Shown one piece after another: positions 23,883 through 37,406 of a DNA stretch of 62,000 bases (position 1 is the first letter of the stretch; each line of letters starts with the position of its first letter). This stretch comes from Wallemia ichthyophaga EXF-994 (lineage: Eukaryota; Fungi; Basidiomycota), in assembly GCF_000400465.1 (NCBI RefSeq), contig NW_008806280.1, forward strand, positions 240,001-302,000, given 5' to 3'. The notes beneath the pieces are model-generated. The model was not told the origin of the DNA. It did not search any database and was given only the letters and a program-made list of their open reading frames with translations. The position numbers and the translations under genes were made by a program.

Positions 23883-24221
23883 TGAATTGCTCTGGTGTTA
23901 ATGTTTTTTGTGTAAATGCGTGCAATTTGCTTATCTCCTCTTTAAGTATATCGTTGACTGGTGAGGGGTTATTAGTTTGGTGATCTAGATAAAATTTTCC
24001 GAACCAACCCAATCGATGTCTCTTTAGAGTTATTAGACCATTAAATATTTTACTAACGATTACGACTTCAAAGCTCTGTCCACAACCACCGCTAACATCT
24101 TTAACGGACTATGTGATTTGACTTAGACTGCTCATCCAATCAAATCACTCCAAATACCCACAACATGCTCAACCTCTGGTACTTTGATTTCTATTTGCTG
24201 TTTAAATTTTTCCTGATCCAT
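23872..24221 (-). CDS. BOL2: BolA-family protein (BolA2/Fra2-like, 81 aa), 3 exons, absent from the ORF track
   Basis: Exons 24221-24162, 24108-24009 and 23957-23872 with GT-AG introns of 53 and 51 nt. Product MDQEKFKQQIEIKVPEVEHVSVKDVSGGCGQSFEVVIVSKIFNGLITLKRHRLVNDILKEEISKLHAFTQKTLTPEQFNDK carries the DVSGGCG, F.G...L.RHRLVN and HA..KT.TP BolA motifs. Confidence 0.92.
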
Positions 24222-24290
24222 TTCCAATTCCAGTGGCTATTCAAGCGAGCTGTTGCGTTCGAATATTAGAATTATAAATTACAAATTAAA

Positions 24291-25607
24291 ATGCAAAGGT
24301 CTTTAGTACTCAACTCTACCAACAACTTCAAAACAGCGTTCAAGCCCTCCCTCGCTAGCTCCATTAACCTCGTTTTTAACGCTGGAACAAGATTCGAAGA
24401 CACTCAAGGTGTGGCTAACGTTTTAAAGAACTTTGCTTTTAGGGTGAGTTGATTGGTTTATACTAAGGTACACCCTCTAATCCCCCAAAGGACACACAAA
24501 ACCGCTCCAGCCTACGTCAAGTTAGAGAAGCTGAAGCTGCTGGTGGTGTTCTCTACTCTTCCCTTACAAGAGACAATCTCACTCTCTCTGCTGACTTCAT
24601 CCCCGGCCATGAAGACCTTTTCCTCTCTCTTCTCGCTGATGTCGTTAAGTCGACCAAGTTCGCCCCTCATGAATACAAAGAGGTCGTTAAGCCTGCTATC
24701 GATTCTGAAGTAAACGCTGCTCAGCGTAATCCTCTCATTCAAGCCATCGACGCTGCTCACACTATCGCCTTCAGAAGAGGTTTGGGTAACTCTCTCTTCT
24801 CCGCATCCGAGCAACCCGTAGACCTCCAAGACGTCAAAAAGTTCGCCAGTAAAGTCTACTCTGCCGACAACGTCGCCTTTTTAACTACCGGGCAATCTGA
24901 CTTTTCATCCAACTTATCATCCTACTTCAACGACTTAACCGCAACTGGTCAAGTTAGCTCACAACCATCCAAATACTTTGGTGGTGAACAGCGCTATAGC
25001 CTCTCGCACGATGGTCACTCCCACCCATCTGCATTCATCGCCTGGGGCTCAACCTCTCCATCACCTGCTCACAACGTTTTAGCTGAATTGTTGGGTGGTC
25101 AATCTAACATCAAATGGTCGAGAGGTCTTTCACCTTTGTCTGCAATCGAAGAGGGCAATGTTAACGCTCTCAACTTTGATTACTCTGATGCTAACCTCTT
25201 TGGTTTCACTGTCGAATCATCAACCGACCTCAACGTCAAGACTGCTTCACAGAAAGCTGTTGCAGCTCTCAAGGCAGTTGCTCAAAATGGTGTCGAATCC
25301 GCTCAGTTACAACCTGCTATCGCTAAATCTAAATTCAACTACACCCTCTACGCTGACTCAGCTCAAGGATGGAAGCAACTTAACGGCGAAGGTCTCATCA
25401 ACAACAACCTCAAATCACTCGATCAAGTTCTCGGTGAATTCGATGGCGTATCTACTACATCCATTCAACAAGTCAGTCCAGCTTATAAAGTTCCTGACTG
25501 CTTTTCTAATTTTTCCTTTAGGCAGCTGCTCATCTTCTCGACAACAAGGTCACTCTTGTCACTGTCGGTGGTAGAGACGCTCCATACGCCGATGAATTGC
25601 ATCTCTA
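24291..25607 (+). CDS. QCR2: Cytochrome bc1 complex core subunit 2 (M16 peptidase-like), multi-exon
   Basis: AGTRFE...GVANVLKNFAF, ELLGGQSNIKWSRGLSPL, FDYSDANLFG, spliced end VTVGGRDAPYADELHL*. Confidence 0.88.
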
Positions 25608-25671
25608 AAATTCATGCTATAATTCATGTAAATACACCCTATAAAAATATTTCAATTATTTTAAATACCAA

Positions 25672-28600
25672 CTACTCGTCAAAGAAGTCATCCTCGATTG
25701 TCCTTTCCAATAACTCCCAATCGATATCTTGTTTGTCAAGAACATTATTATACGTCACACTACTCAACGCCCGGTAAAATGGTGATAAATCTCCCATCTG
25801 ACTTATCTTTCTTACGTTGGTCAGTAATGGTTGTCTTTTTTCACTATTGATTTGTAGCTTGAATGATTTTTCAGACGCTCCCATTAATCCTTCTTGTCCA
25901 AACAATCCCGACAACTTATCAATAATACCGTATTGTTTACCATCGCAGCTGGCATCCACAGTATCTGTAATGAATAGTGACTGATATGCTTGGAAATCTT
26001 CATTTTGCAGTAGCAACAGGGTATCCAATAGCTTGCAAGCGCTTAAGAGTAATGGAAGTAGATCTAGATGTTCAGCAGAAGGCGATGTAGTAAATATGTC
26101 AAATAACCTTAGCAATTCTGTATTTACTATTGGCCAAAATGTTGTTAAGTCGTCGCTTTTAAATCGCACTAGCAACACTCTGAGACAGAGATAGATTTCA
26201 GATTGTGATACTGGTGTAATTGCATTGTTGCGCACTACCTCCACCAGCTTTTCTTTCACTAGTGGTAATTGCGATGTGTAACTTTCCGGATTACCTGCGA
26301 ATATTGCGTAGCTAAGTCTGCGCAAGTTGAGAGCTCTTGACAAAGATTCGTATTCCCTATTAGCAAATATATTTGTAGACGGTGCACTAGACACTTTGCT
26401 GACGAGATCTTTAAACTTATCTTTCTCAGCCGACATGAGCGCGTTGACGAGGTACTTCCATTGATGAGTTTTGGAAGCGTTGAAAAACCTGTTGTCATAG
26501 AAGACATCACTAACCAGTCCCTTCCAAGATTTTGAGCAGTGCGGTAAGCGTGTTAAACCCACCAGCACATCCACACTTGCGCTGTGTGGTTGAATCCCAT
26601 TCGTGCCTTTTGAAGTTGATTTCAGTGCAGGAGCGACCACGCAATATGAAATATTCGCAGCAATGCTTTGTAATTTTTCCGTTGAGGATATTAAATTAGG
26701 TAGGTCCACCAATAGCTCATTCGCCATGTACAGATAGATCTTTGAACTGTCACCGTCTAATTTCTCAGCAAGTGAATTGACAGACACGCTATCGCGATCA
26801 GAGTCTTCATTAGTACCGGTAACATTCGCTACATCCAACCCAGCCAACGCTTTCTTGAGCGCCCATGGACCTGTGTCTGAGCCACCGGTGCTGATGAGGA
26901 TGGAGGAATCAATAAATCGATGCAAGATATCCTGCAACAAATGTCAATAGAGTGCTCTAGTTGAAGCGCTGAGCACTTACCTGGTAATCCATCTTGACTT
27001 TCTTTTCGACGATCTCCGTCGTCTCACCATTGAAAATGCGAAGACCGACTATATGAATGCATCTATCTAGCGTTATTGTAGAGTCCATGAAAAAAAACTA
27101 AACTCACCTTAACGTTGGATAAACGCATAGTTTTCGCTGTGCACTAGTCGTAGATACTATCACATCACGCGCAAATGGCTGTAGAGCAACCCAAGATTGC
27201 AAAGCATCCTTAACACTAAGCTCACCAAGATACACCTCCAAGCTCTCAAACAACATTGACGAGCTAATTGCATCACTTTGCCACAACGAGCGTGGCTTTT
27301 CATCCCCAGCAAAACTTCTCATTCCTATGTTCTTGCATATATAATGAACGAGTATTCGAGAGGGGTCTGAAAATAGCTTGAATATTTTTAGCAAAGTCAC
27401 TTTGTTCAATGTTTCTTGATAATACTCCATAGCAAGGTCCAGCATCTCATAAGGTCTTTTTTCAAACAAATTGTGGATGTACCCTTCACATTGCGTAGTC
27501 AGATAGTCGAAAGTTCCACTTTGTTTATTTTTAAGTGTAAAGTATAAACTCGTGAGAAGCTTGAACGATACTCCCATCAACGACATTGTCTGCTCGACGA
27601 TATTAGGACTACCGTGAATCATCGAAGTGTGTAGATCATCTAGATTGATGACCAAGATGGCATTCAACGATGACAACACTGAAGACAAGTTTTTGTGGTC
27701 GCTGAAGGATACGCTCAGGTTGTTCGTGTGTAACATGTCGCTTAATTTGCTATAGATGATGTTTCCCATATCGAGTTTGTGATCACGAATCAACATTGAG
27801 TACTTATCTAAGATCATACTTGTAAAGTTGATCCAGTATTTTAAAAGTGACTGACAGCCTGCATTTGATATAGCGTTGCGGAGCAGTTTGACTACAGTTT
27901 GACCTAACTCGTTACTGCTGTGTACGTTGTTCAAATCGCAATGCTGCAGTGCACATGTAACAAGCTTGATGGCTCTTGGCTGGACATCGAGATTGACTAG
28001 TTGAACATGATAATTTAGATAGTTGCTAATGACGAAAGCCGCCGTAGTAAATACATCTGAATCTTTCCGACTATAGATGAACATTTCCTCTAGCAACTCC
28101 ATAGTAGCCATCTGTAAATACTCATTACCTGGTTGTATAGAAGAAGCGATACCTTGGTTCGGTTCAGATTGCAATATCCTGACAGCTCGTAAGCAACTAT
28201 TATTACTCCTCACAAAAATCTCACCTGAGACTCAGTTGTAATAAGGATAGTTCACTCTCACTCTCATCCAAGCGACCAAGTTGCTCCCAAAAGGATTGTC
28301 CAATGTGTTTACTGAGCTTGGTAAGCTGTTGCAGACTGTAAATAGCAATCTCCTGGTCCCAATTAAGGAAATACTCGTAGGCACTCGTGTTGAACAGATA
28401 TTGCCTTTCCACGGTTCTTGAAGCTTGTGTGACTTTTGAAATTTTCGCAATTAGTGATCTAGTCACCATACCAGAGTTATCGAAATACTTCTTCAACCAA
28501 AGTGCATTTGTTTGACTATCTTCTGCAGCTGTAGTATCACTCGAGTTGACAGTAAAGAATCTCGATACCGGTATTGTGAGATCGAAGTGTGTTGGACTAA

Positions 28601-30999
28601 ACCTCGATGCTATACTGTAGATGATACCACATTGATGAATGACTTGCAGTCGCGCTGGTTGGTCATTGTCATTATTTAGTCTTTGTGCGAGAATTGAAGT
28701 GATATGTTCTTGAGCCGTTGTATTTTCTATCTCTACAATCAATTTCACGCAACGAAAGTGATAATCAAAATACTGTGGAGCTAAATAGGGAAGCAATGCA
28801 TTGAGGAGTGTTTCATGTGCTTCTCTATCCATCCATTGCAGATATACACTGTCATCTGAAAAACAAGTCTGCCTCAATGTCAGAAGACATTTTATTAGTA
28901 ACTCTGTTGTTTCAAATTGGTTTGATATTGATACTAGCTTGAGCAATGCGGTAAACAACTGCGCAATCATATCCCCAAAAGATTCATTCAGTTGTTTGCG
29001 TGGGTATCGTAGAGTGAGCAATGTGTATAACGTAGAAAAGCTGCTTTTTACCATCATTGAGTCAGCAACATCTTCAGACCAGGACAAATTAATTTCAATA
29101 AGACGTTTCAGTAATGCTTCATAGAATGTGTCAGGGGTCTCGACCTCGGGTATATCGATGCTATCGGTGTATTCTGCATCAGCGACGTAATCCCAACTAG
29201 AGACAACTTTTTGACTGTCTTTAATTATCCAAGGAGTTTCGTTCATTACCTTTTCTGGAATGTGATTAATTAGCATTTGGGCAAGGATAAAAGCACGTTC
29301 GGTCAAGACGGACTTCCTGTTAGCCTGTCGATTAACGGATATAAGTTTGAGTATGTTGAGTAATTGAATCGGAAAATGCAAGCATGTGTGCGCTTCCTCT
29401 TCGAATGATATATTGTCCACAATCATTGTGATGAGCTCGATCGAACGACAAGTGTCATCTTGATTGGTGAAATCTGATTGAAGCTGATGATTCATTGCTT
29501 TCCACAATAAATATATGTCTATTGATTCCAATACCATGCTGGTGATGATCTTAACGTCTGCATTTCTGTCAACATCCTCCTTCAACCGACACTCGAGACA
29601 GCTGATGATTTCTGAGACTATACATTTCGTCAAATTGTGACCAATCTCCCATTTGTCCAATAGAGAAATGAATATTTTGTAAGGTCGACTATCAAAGGAC
29701 TTGGTTGTATCCATATCTGCTAACATCCATGAGCTGATTAGGGGTAAACCAAAAGTATTGAAATAGGAAGATAGCGATTCTTTGTCATCGGATGTACCGA
29801 GTAACCAAGTAAACAGGCGCCTGTTTAATGATATGTCTTTACGCAAGACTACATTGCATGCATTCCTGCACAAATCAACCCTGAAATCTGATCTAGAGAA
29901 TTTCTGAAGCGCAGGTCCACCAGTAGGTAGGCTTGAGATGAGCAAATCAAGTGCTGAGCGCCGCACAAGCATATTATTGTCCATCAAAGAAGCTGATACT
30001 CCGCGAATCAACAAATTAGCGTCAGATGAAAGAAACATGATAATTTCTGTTGCAAGGTTAGATATTATAGAGTCTCAAACGTTTGTCTTACGATCATCAG
30101 TGTCAAGGGGCGGCATTTTGCGCAATAGATAATTTAAAGTTGAAATGCGAGAAGCGGGGGACGTTATTAGTATTAGACAGAGGTTTTGTAGGAAGAAATG
30201 AAGTGCTGTGGTAGAACTGAGGTAATCTAGCATCGATAAAGCCTGGATTGTTTCATCTTGTTAGCTAATAGAAATCGAACTGAAAGAGGAAAGCACACAT
30301 CGTCGAAATGTTCACCGTTCTCCTCTTCAAGGCCAGGTAATAGCGATAACGTCATTGATTTTATGATGGGTCGTAGATGTGAGCGTAGGGGGAAGTAATG
30401 CGATTTGTAAAGTTCAAGAACGAGGGGCTATTATTGGCAATGAGAAGGGTATTTCAGGGAAGAGATGCGCTCACTCGAACAGAAATGGCAGCATATTGAA
30501 AGAAAGGAAATAAGCTGGTAGACCACATTTGTAAATCACGCTTTAAACCGTCTGTCTATATAGCCAATGAGAAGGAGATAGTGGAAGGAAGACAGCTTAC
30601 ACCCATAATAGCAAACAACTTGTCATAAACCTCTAAAGCCTTTTGATGAACACCAGTAGGCAAAGCAGGATTCAAGCATTGAGATAAACGCTTGGATACG
30701 ATAAGCTTGTGAGGAATATCGTTGAACTGTGGATAAGACTGGATAGCTTTGAGCAGCTTGGCGAGAAATGCGATGAAATCAGCCCATTCTTGGACGTCAA
30801 GGAAGGAGTTTAAGCTGCGATCAACAGCTTGAGAGTATTTCTTGTACGTAGGGTTAGAACTGAGGGAGATATCTGCATCCCTGGGAGCTAAACGTTGATC
30901 ATCACCGGAACGAGAACTGGGCAGCCAGCTAGAGAAGGCGGATGAGTTTGTGGGGGTGGTTGGATTGGATAGAGATGGGAATATTTGGTTATCTGACAT
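25672..30999 (-). CDS. DOP1: Dopey family protein (Mon2/Arl1-linked trafficking scaffold), multi-exon
   Basis: Dopey_N: EWADFIAFLAKLLKA, IPHKLIVSKRLSQCLNPALPTGVHQKALEVY, LVRRSALDLL, DISLNRRLFTWLLG; C-terminal RALNLRRLSYAIF and SACKLLDTLLLLQ. Confidence 0.93.
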
Positions 31000-31049
31000 A
31001 TAAAAAACTCAAATAATTCTCAGAGATGCTCGTCGTCACCAACAACGAT

Positions 31050-34000
31050 ATGGCCAAAGACAGATCGAATAGATTCAACGCAAAAGGCCGTCAATCTGGT
31101 TTGAATAAATTAAAAGAAGATGAAAAGATTAAGCAGCGTAAAAGAAGTAAAGTTGTGGAGGACCGTGAGAGTACAGATGCGAATACAAACGCCGATTTGA
31201 TTCTTCCAAAGTCCAAGGAGCAGAAAGAACAAGATCAACTAAGAAAACTCGAGCTCAGGAAAGAGGTTTGTGCGTTTGAGAAGCTCGTACCCCTCTCACA
31301 CACAATATCCAGTTGGAATCCCAGCAGGATGGAAAGGTTTCCAGCAAGAAGCGCAAGAGACTTGATGCTTACATTGTGTGTCTCTATACGCGTCATTGGC
31401 CCACGCTTATCATCCTCTCTCAGACTCGTCAACTCAAGAAGGAAGAACGCAAGGAGTTGATTGACAAACTTTCGTGAGTCTTCTGTCAACTACAGCGACG
31501 CGTAATGACTGTTACAGCAAATCACAAACTCCCACTGATGCTTCGTATCTGAAGTCATCCGCTAACCTTGGCTCGAGGCAGCAGCACTCTGCTCAAGATA
31601 AGCTCGATGTCTCAGAGCATATCCAAGTCAAATCTGCACTTAGAAATGCTGGTAGAAGAGTCCAGCATCCTGACACTAATCAAGACTCTGATTCTCTCTC
31701 TGAACACTCGAGTGCCTCGGATGATGATGATGTCAATGTTCCTATCGATAAGCCTCAGCAACCAGCAAGCACGGTATCCGCATCTCAAACGTCTACAAAA
31801 GAGCACATCAGTCCTCCACAGAAACCACCTATAGGAAATGCACTTGGAAGTGCCCTTGGAGCAAGTGGTGTTAAACCAATCGTCAGACCTAGAAAAAAGA
31901 AGGCTAAAACTGTCTCTGTGAGGGTATAATTTTATGCTCTTCCCCGCCGCTTACCAATCAAAGACTTTGACTCGTGGCTGGAAACTGTCAGCAAACTCTG
32001 GAGCAGCTGAACAATCAGAGCATGATTCGCAATCTTCGTTTGACTCTTCAGCTGAGGAATCGCAATCAGATAACGAACATTCTGCCTCGGATGGCGAAAG
32101 CTCAGAAGAGGTCCTTGACAATAACCAAAGTAATCGCGCGATGGCTTTCAAGGAATGGGCACAAAATCAAATGAATAAAGACTCTGAGCCAGCATCTGAA
32201 TTTAATGCCACTCAGATACCCAGAGATTATGTGAAATCAAAAGGTCCAGGTAGAGCATTAGCTGGTAAAGTGGAATTACCTTCCAACTCAATATTCCAAG
32301 ATTCCTCGGACCCTAAAATAAAGCGTACAGTTAAAATTGACAGGAGTCAAGACTTGCAAACTTCGAGAATGCTTTTACCAGTAACTGAACTCGAGCAAGA
32401 GATAGTTGAAACGGTACTGCTCAATCCAATTACAGTTATTTGTGGTGAAACTGGTTCAGGTAAAACAACACAACTTCCGCAGTTCCTTTATGAGCGTGCA
32501 TTTGGATCAAAAGGCAGCTGTAAGTGTTAAATTCATATTTAATAACGCAAACTAATTTTGAGCATCCAGTGAATCCTGGTATGGTCGCAATTACACAGCC
32601 ACGAAGAGTTGCTGCAGTTTCTATGGCAAATCGTGTTGGTTCAGAGTTAGGCATAGGTTCACCAAAAGTTGCATACAAAATACGATACGATGGAAATACG
32701 AGTCCTGAAACTGCTATCAAGTTCATGACAGATGGTGTTTTGCTCCGCGAGCTTGCCAATGACTTTTTGTTGACAAAGTATTCAGTTATCATTGTGGATG
32801 AAGCTCACGAGAGAAGCGTGAACACGGATATTTTAATTGGTGTTTTGTCGAGAGTAGTAGGATTGCGTAATAAGCGTTGGAAGGAGAATTCAGAGAGTAT
32901 GACACCGTTGCGGTTGGTGATCATGTCTGCCACACTTCGAGTTTCTGATTTTACCGAGAACAAGTCACTGTTTCAACAACAGCCACCTGTTGTTAACGTT
33001 GCAGCACGTCAACACCCTGTCACGATACACTTTGCAAGAAGAACCTCCCCTGACTATCTCGAAGAAGCCATGGCTAAGACTATAAAGATTCACAAGAAGC
33101 TTCCTCCTGGTGGTATACTAGTCTTCCTCACGGGTCAAGGCGAGATAGATTCAATGGTCAAGAAGCTTAAACAGAGGTTTGGCAGGAAGCATCAGTCCAA
33201 AGCACAAGTCACGTTGGATAGTTCACGCTTGTCTAAGTCAAATGCTGCAACTGGCGATGTCGAGATCGAGGATGTAGATTTTGGTAAAAGTGATGACCCT
33301 GCATTAGAATTAGATGATTACGACATTGAAGATGAAGAGGAAGACCTTGGAGAAGAATCTGGGTTTGAAGAAGCAAGAGAAGATGAGAGCACCAGTGAGT
33401 ATTTAGTTGTCAAAACACGTCAATCGCAACTTACACGACCAGGTCCAATGCACGTTTTGCCACTCTACTCGCTTTTGCCTTCAGAGAAGCAAATGCAAGT
33501 GTTTGAACCTCCACCAGATGGATCAAGACTAGTTGTGATTGCGACAAATGTTGCAGAAACATCGCTCACGATTCCTGGTATTAGATATGTTGTGGATTCA
33601 GGCAGAGCGAAAGAGCGTTCGTACAACGAGCAGAATGGAATGCAAAGTTTCGATGTTTCGTGGATTTCAAAAGCTTCAGCTGCTCAAAGAGCTGGTAGAG
33701 CTGGACGTACTGGACCTGGACATACATATAGGCTATACTCTTCACCAGTATTCGAAAATCATTTCGAGCAATTTGCTAAACCAGAGATCTTGCGTATGCC
33801 AATTGAAGGAGTGGTACTTCAAATGAAGAGTATGAATTTGGATGTAGTCGATAATTTCCCCTTCCCAACTCCTCCGAATGCAGTTGGTTTGAGTAAGGCG
33901 GAGAAGATGCTTACTAACCTAGGTGCATTGACAAGCACATCGTTGACACAAGCCCAGAGTAGGTTCAAGATAACGGAATTGGGTCGTAGTATGAGTCTTT

Positions 34001-34899
34001 TCCCTGTCACTCCAAGATTTGCCAAGATGCTGGTAACTGGATTCCAGCATGGATGTTTGCCATATATCGTAGCAATAGTTTCAGCACTCTCGGTTGGAGA
34101 TCCATTCCTACACGAAGAGGCATTGAAAGCAGGTCTGAATGATGATGACAGTGAAGATGCGCGTCAGGCAGTTAGAAAGGCCTACTTCAAAACGCAACAG
34201 AAGTTTGCATCTCTAGGCAAAAACACTAGCGATCTGTTTAAAGTGTTATCTGCAGTTGGTGCGTACGAATATGCAGGTGGTGGAGAAGCATTCTGTCGAG
34301 CAAACTTCCTGCGCCCCAAGGCGATGGAAGAGATACGCAAACTGAGAGCGCAAATCAGCTATCTAATTCAAAGCACTTATCCGAGCATAGACGCGAAATT
34401 TATTCCGAAACTCGACCCCCCTTCGCAGACTCAGGTGAAGGTTATACGCCAGTTGATAACGGCGGGGTTTATTGAACAGGTTGCAATACGCAAAGACTTG
34501 GTCGAAGAGAGTGAAAACTCTGGTAAGAAGTTCCAGTCGTGCCGTGGTATTGCATATAAGGCAGTAGGAATTGAGCAGGATGTATACATACACCCATCTT
34601 CAACTATATTTACAGAAGAGCCGCCAGGATATATTACATATACAGAAATAGTGTCAACATCTCAAGCGTATATGAAGGGAATCACATCGATAGACGTGAG
34701 CTGGTTGCACAAGCTGGGCAGGAGTATGTGTAGATTCTCGAAACCAATCGATGTACCAGCGAATGCCAAGCTACAAACAAGCAATACGAAGAAGGATGTG
34801 ATCGTCGAGCCGTTCTTTGGTCCAGGCAGAGGAATTAAGTTGCCTGCAGTAAAGATGGAACAGGTGAAAGATAGTCACGGACGATGGGTGTTGTGTTGA
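31050..34899 (+). CDS. ECM16: DEAH-box RNA helicase Dhr1/DHX37 (U3 release, 40S biogenesis), multi-exon; alternative ATG at 31026
   Basis: N-terminal RFNAKGRQS, GETGSGKTTQLPQFLYE, TQPRRVAAVSMA, DEAHER, MSAT, ILVFLTGQGEI, TNVAETSLTIPGIRYVVD, QRAGRAGRTGPGH; DHX37-style insertions. Confidence 0.9.
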
Positions 34900-34957
34900 A
34901 GCAAATGTACTATGATAATTTATAACATATAGAGATATTATTATATTGGAATTCGTA

Positions 34958-37354
34958 ATGGACGCGTTGATATCAACGTCGATGACGGAATTTGATTCAG
35001 CCTTCAATGACGCGCAAAATCAAGTGATGCATCTGGTCGACGACTACAAGAGTTTGTCAGACGTGAGTTGGTGATATGCCTTGTCGATAACTCGCTCAAG
35101 TGATTTGATAGTCTTGGGAAGCAGTGACTGGATATTTGGAGCCAGTGTCGTTAGATAGCGCGCGAGCAGGTGTGTAGGACGTATTGTGGTCGCGATAGCT
35201 CACCTGGCTATCGACAGAAAAACCTCTGCACGCTTTCGAGCACATTGCAAATGCGAAACTTGGTCGAGATCTTCTCAAACACTATTACGAGCGGATAGAA
35301 AGCAAATTTGAGATAGTGACGAATGAGATTCAGTTGGGTTTGAGTGGATTTAGTAGTGGCCAGGTGGGTTCTGCACCACAAGCAGCACACAGACTGGTAG
35401 ACTATTATCTCGAGTGGAAGAAGCCGATTGAATACATAGAGTCATGGATACACGACATGGACTTGGATTTCGAAAGCGAGGGTGAGAAGTATACCAAAAT
35501 ATACCACGATCAGCTCTTCTCATCACTTCCGACCAATTTATCAAGCAGTCTACGTCAGCACCTATCAGATATATTCAGCTTGAAGAATGACAGGAATGAC
35601 AAGAATGAAGTAAACAAGAGTATACCGTCGTTGGACATTATTGGAGCACAGTCATTGATTGAGATACTCTCTGCTGAGATTCTTTACAGTGAGATAAGGC
35701 AGGAAGTTGACAATAACAGGGGACAATGGGATACACCTATCCTAGACAACCTACGCAAATGGATAGCATTCGGTGATATATCGACTAGAATGCTCTCGGT
35801 TATACCTACCGAGTCTCAAGAAAGATGGAATGAGACTTGGTTGCAGAGGTTTGACTTTTACGCGTGCGAATACTTTGCAGAAATGAGGTATTACGAGGTC
35901 TTTGTAGGTTGAGGCAGTAATTGACATGGATGTTGCAGGAGTGAAGAGCTGTTCGATATAATCGTCGATTATCCAGACTCGTCGGCGGCTGTGGATGATA
36001 TCAGAGTGAGTTATTTGCTTGGAATAGACGGAGTGGCTCAATCACCATTGCTAGATGTGTTTGGAGCGTGTACAGTACAAATCACAGCTGATAAGAAAGT
36101 TGAAGTCATTGAATGATTTGAGATTATTACACGCAGGTGCATCAACAAACTTAATTCTAACACAATATATATCAACCATCAAATCACTTTTGATCGTTGA
36201 TCCATCGGGCGTGCTGCTTTCGTCAGTCGCAGAGCCGATAAGGAAGTACCTTCGAGAGAGACCAGATACGATACGATCGATAGTTGCAAATTTTGTCGAC
36301 GAAGAGAGTGAATTGGTTGATGATGATATGGATCGCGATGGAGACAATCACCTTATCATGCTAGACAATGACTATGTACCGGATTGGGATGATAGTAATT
36401 GGGAGCCTGAGCCAATTGACGCAGGACCAAACTTTAAGAATGATGGGCGTAAAGATTTGATCTCTACGCTCGTGAGTATATACGACAGCAAGGAGGTATT
36501 TGTGGAAGAGTTGCAAGTCATGCTGGCACAACGATTGATGTCACTGAAAGATTACAATTTGGAGAAAGAGGTGGGTTGGTTGAGTGTGTTAGCTGGTGAT
36601 ATTTACATTAACACCGTCATTCTGTTTAGATACGGAATATCGAAATACTCAAGCTGAAATTTGGAGAGAATACGCTGCATTCTTGCGAAGTGATGCTGAA
36701 GGATGTCGCAGATTCTAAGCGTATAGATCAGAATATCAGATCGCAAATAGAGGTGAGGATTTGCGAGTTTGCAGGAATTTAATCTGACCAAGATAACATC
36801 ACAGACATTAATCCGACCAATAATAGTCTCGCGACAGTTCTGGCCAGAAATTGAGGATTACTCGTTCAAGTTGACAGATAAAATGAAGCAGTACGTTTAG
36901 TTTATTGGAATTAAGATTATTCTAACAAGTTTACAGATTTAGAGAGAGTTATGAAGACGCGTATGCCCTATTGAAGCCAGATAAGCGATTGCATTGGATA
37001 CCGCAGATAGGGAACATATCGATAACGATAGAGTTGGAAGACCGTAGACTGGAATTGGATGTGACGCCATTCCAAGCAGCGACGATAGATTTGTTCGGAA
37101 GTAATGGTGAGTGACGTGACCAATTCTTGGCATTGAGTTGAGTGAGTGGCGTAGGTGGACGAATGACAGCCTCAGACGTGGAGGAAGCGTTGGATGCGCC
37201 GAATGAGGTGATAGTGCAAGAAACGCTTAAATTTTGGGTGAAGAAAGGGGTATTGAAGGAGGAGAAGAGCAAGGATGAGGGGATGTGTAGGTATCGCGTG
37301 ATGGAAGTGTATGAGGCGACGTCACCAAAGACAAAGCCAAGAACTTCATTGTAG
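34958..37354 (+). CDS. APC2: Anaphase-promoting complex subunit 2 (cullin-like), multi-exon
   Basis: IIVDYPDS.AA..DIR, RLLHAGASTNLILTQYISTIK..DPSGVLL..VAEPIRKYLRER.DTIR.IV, WEPEPIDAGP, DLISTLVSIYDSKEVFVEE, MLKDVADSKRID. First exons rebuilt from ATG 34958. Confidence 0.9.
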
Positions 37355-37406
37355 CTGTGAATTCTTTACATTGAGGCTGTGCCAAGCACCTTCCTGAATT
37401 GGAACA

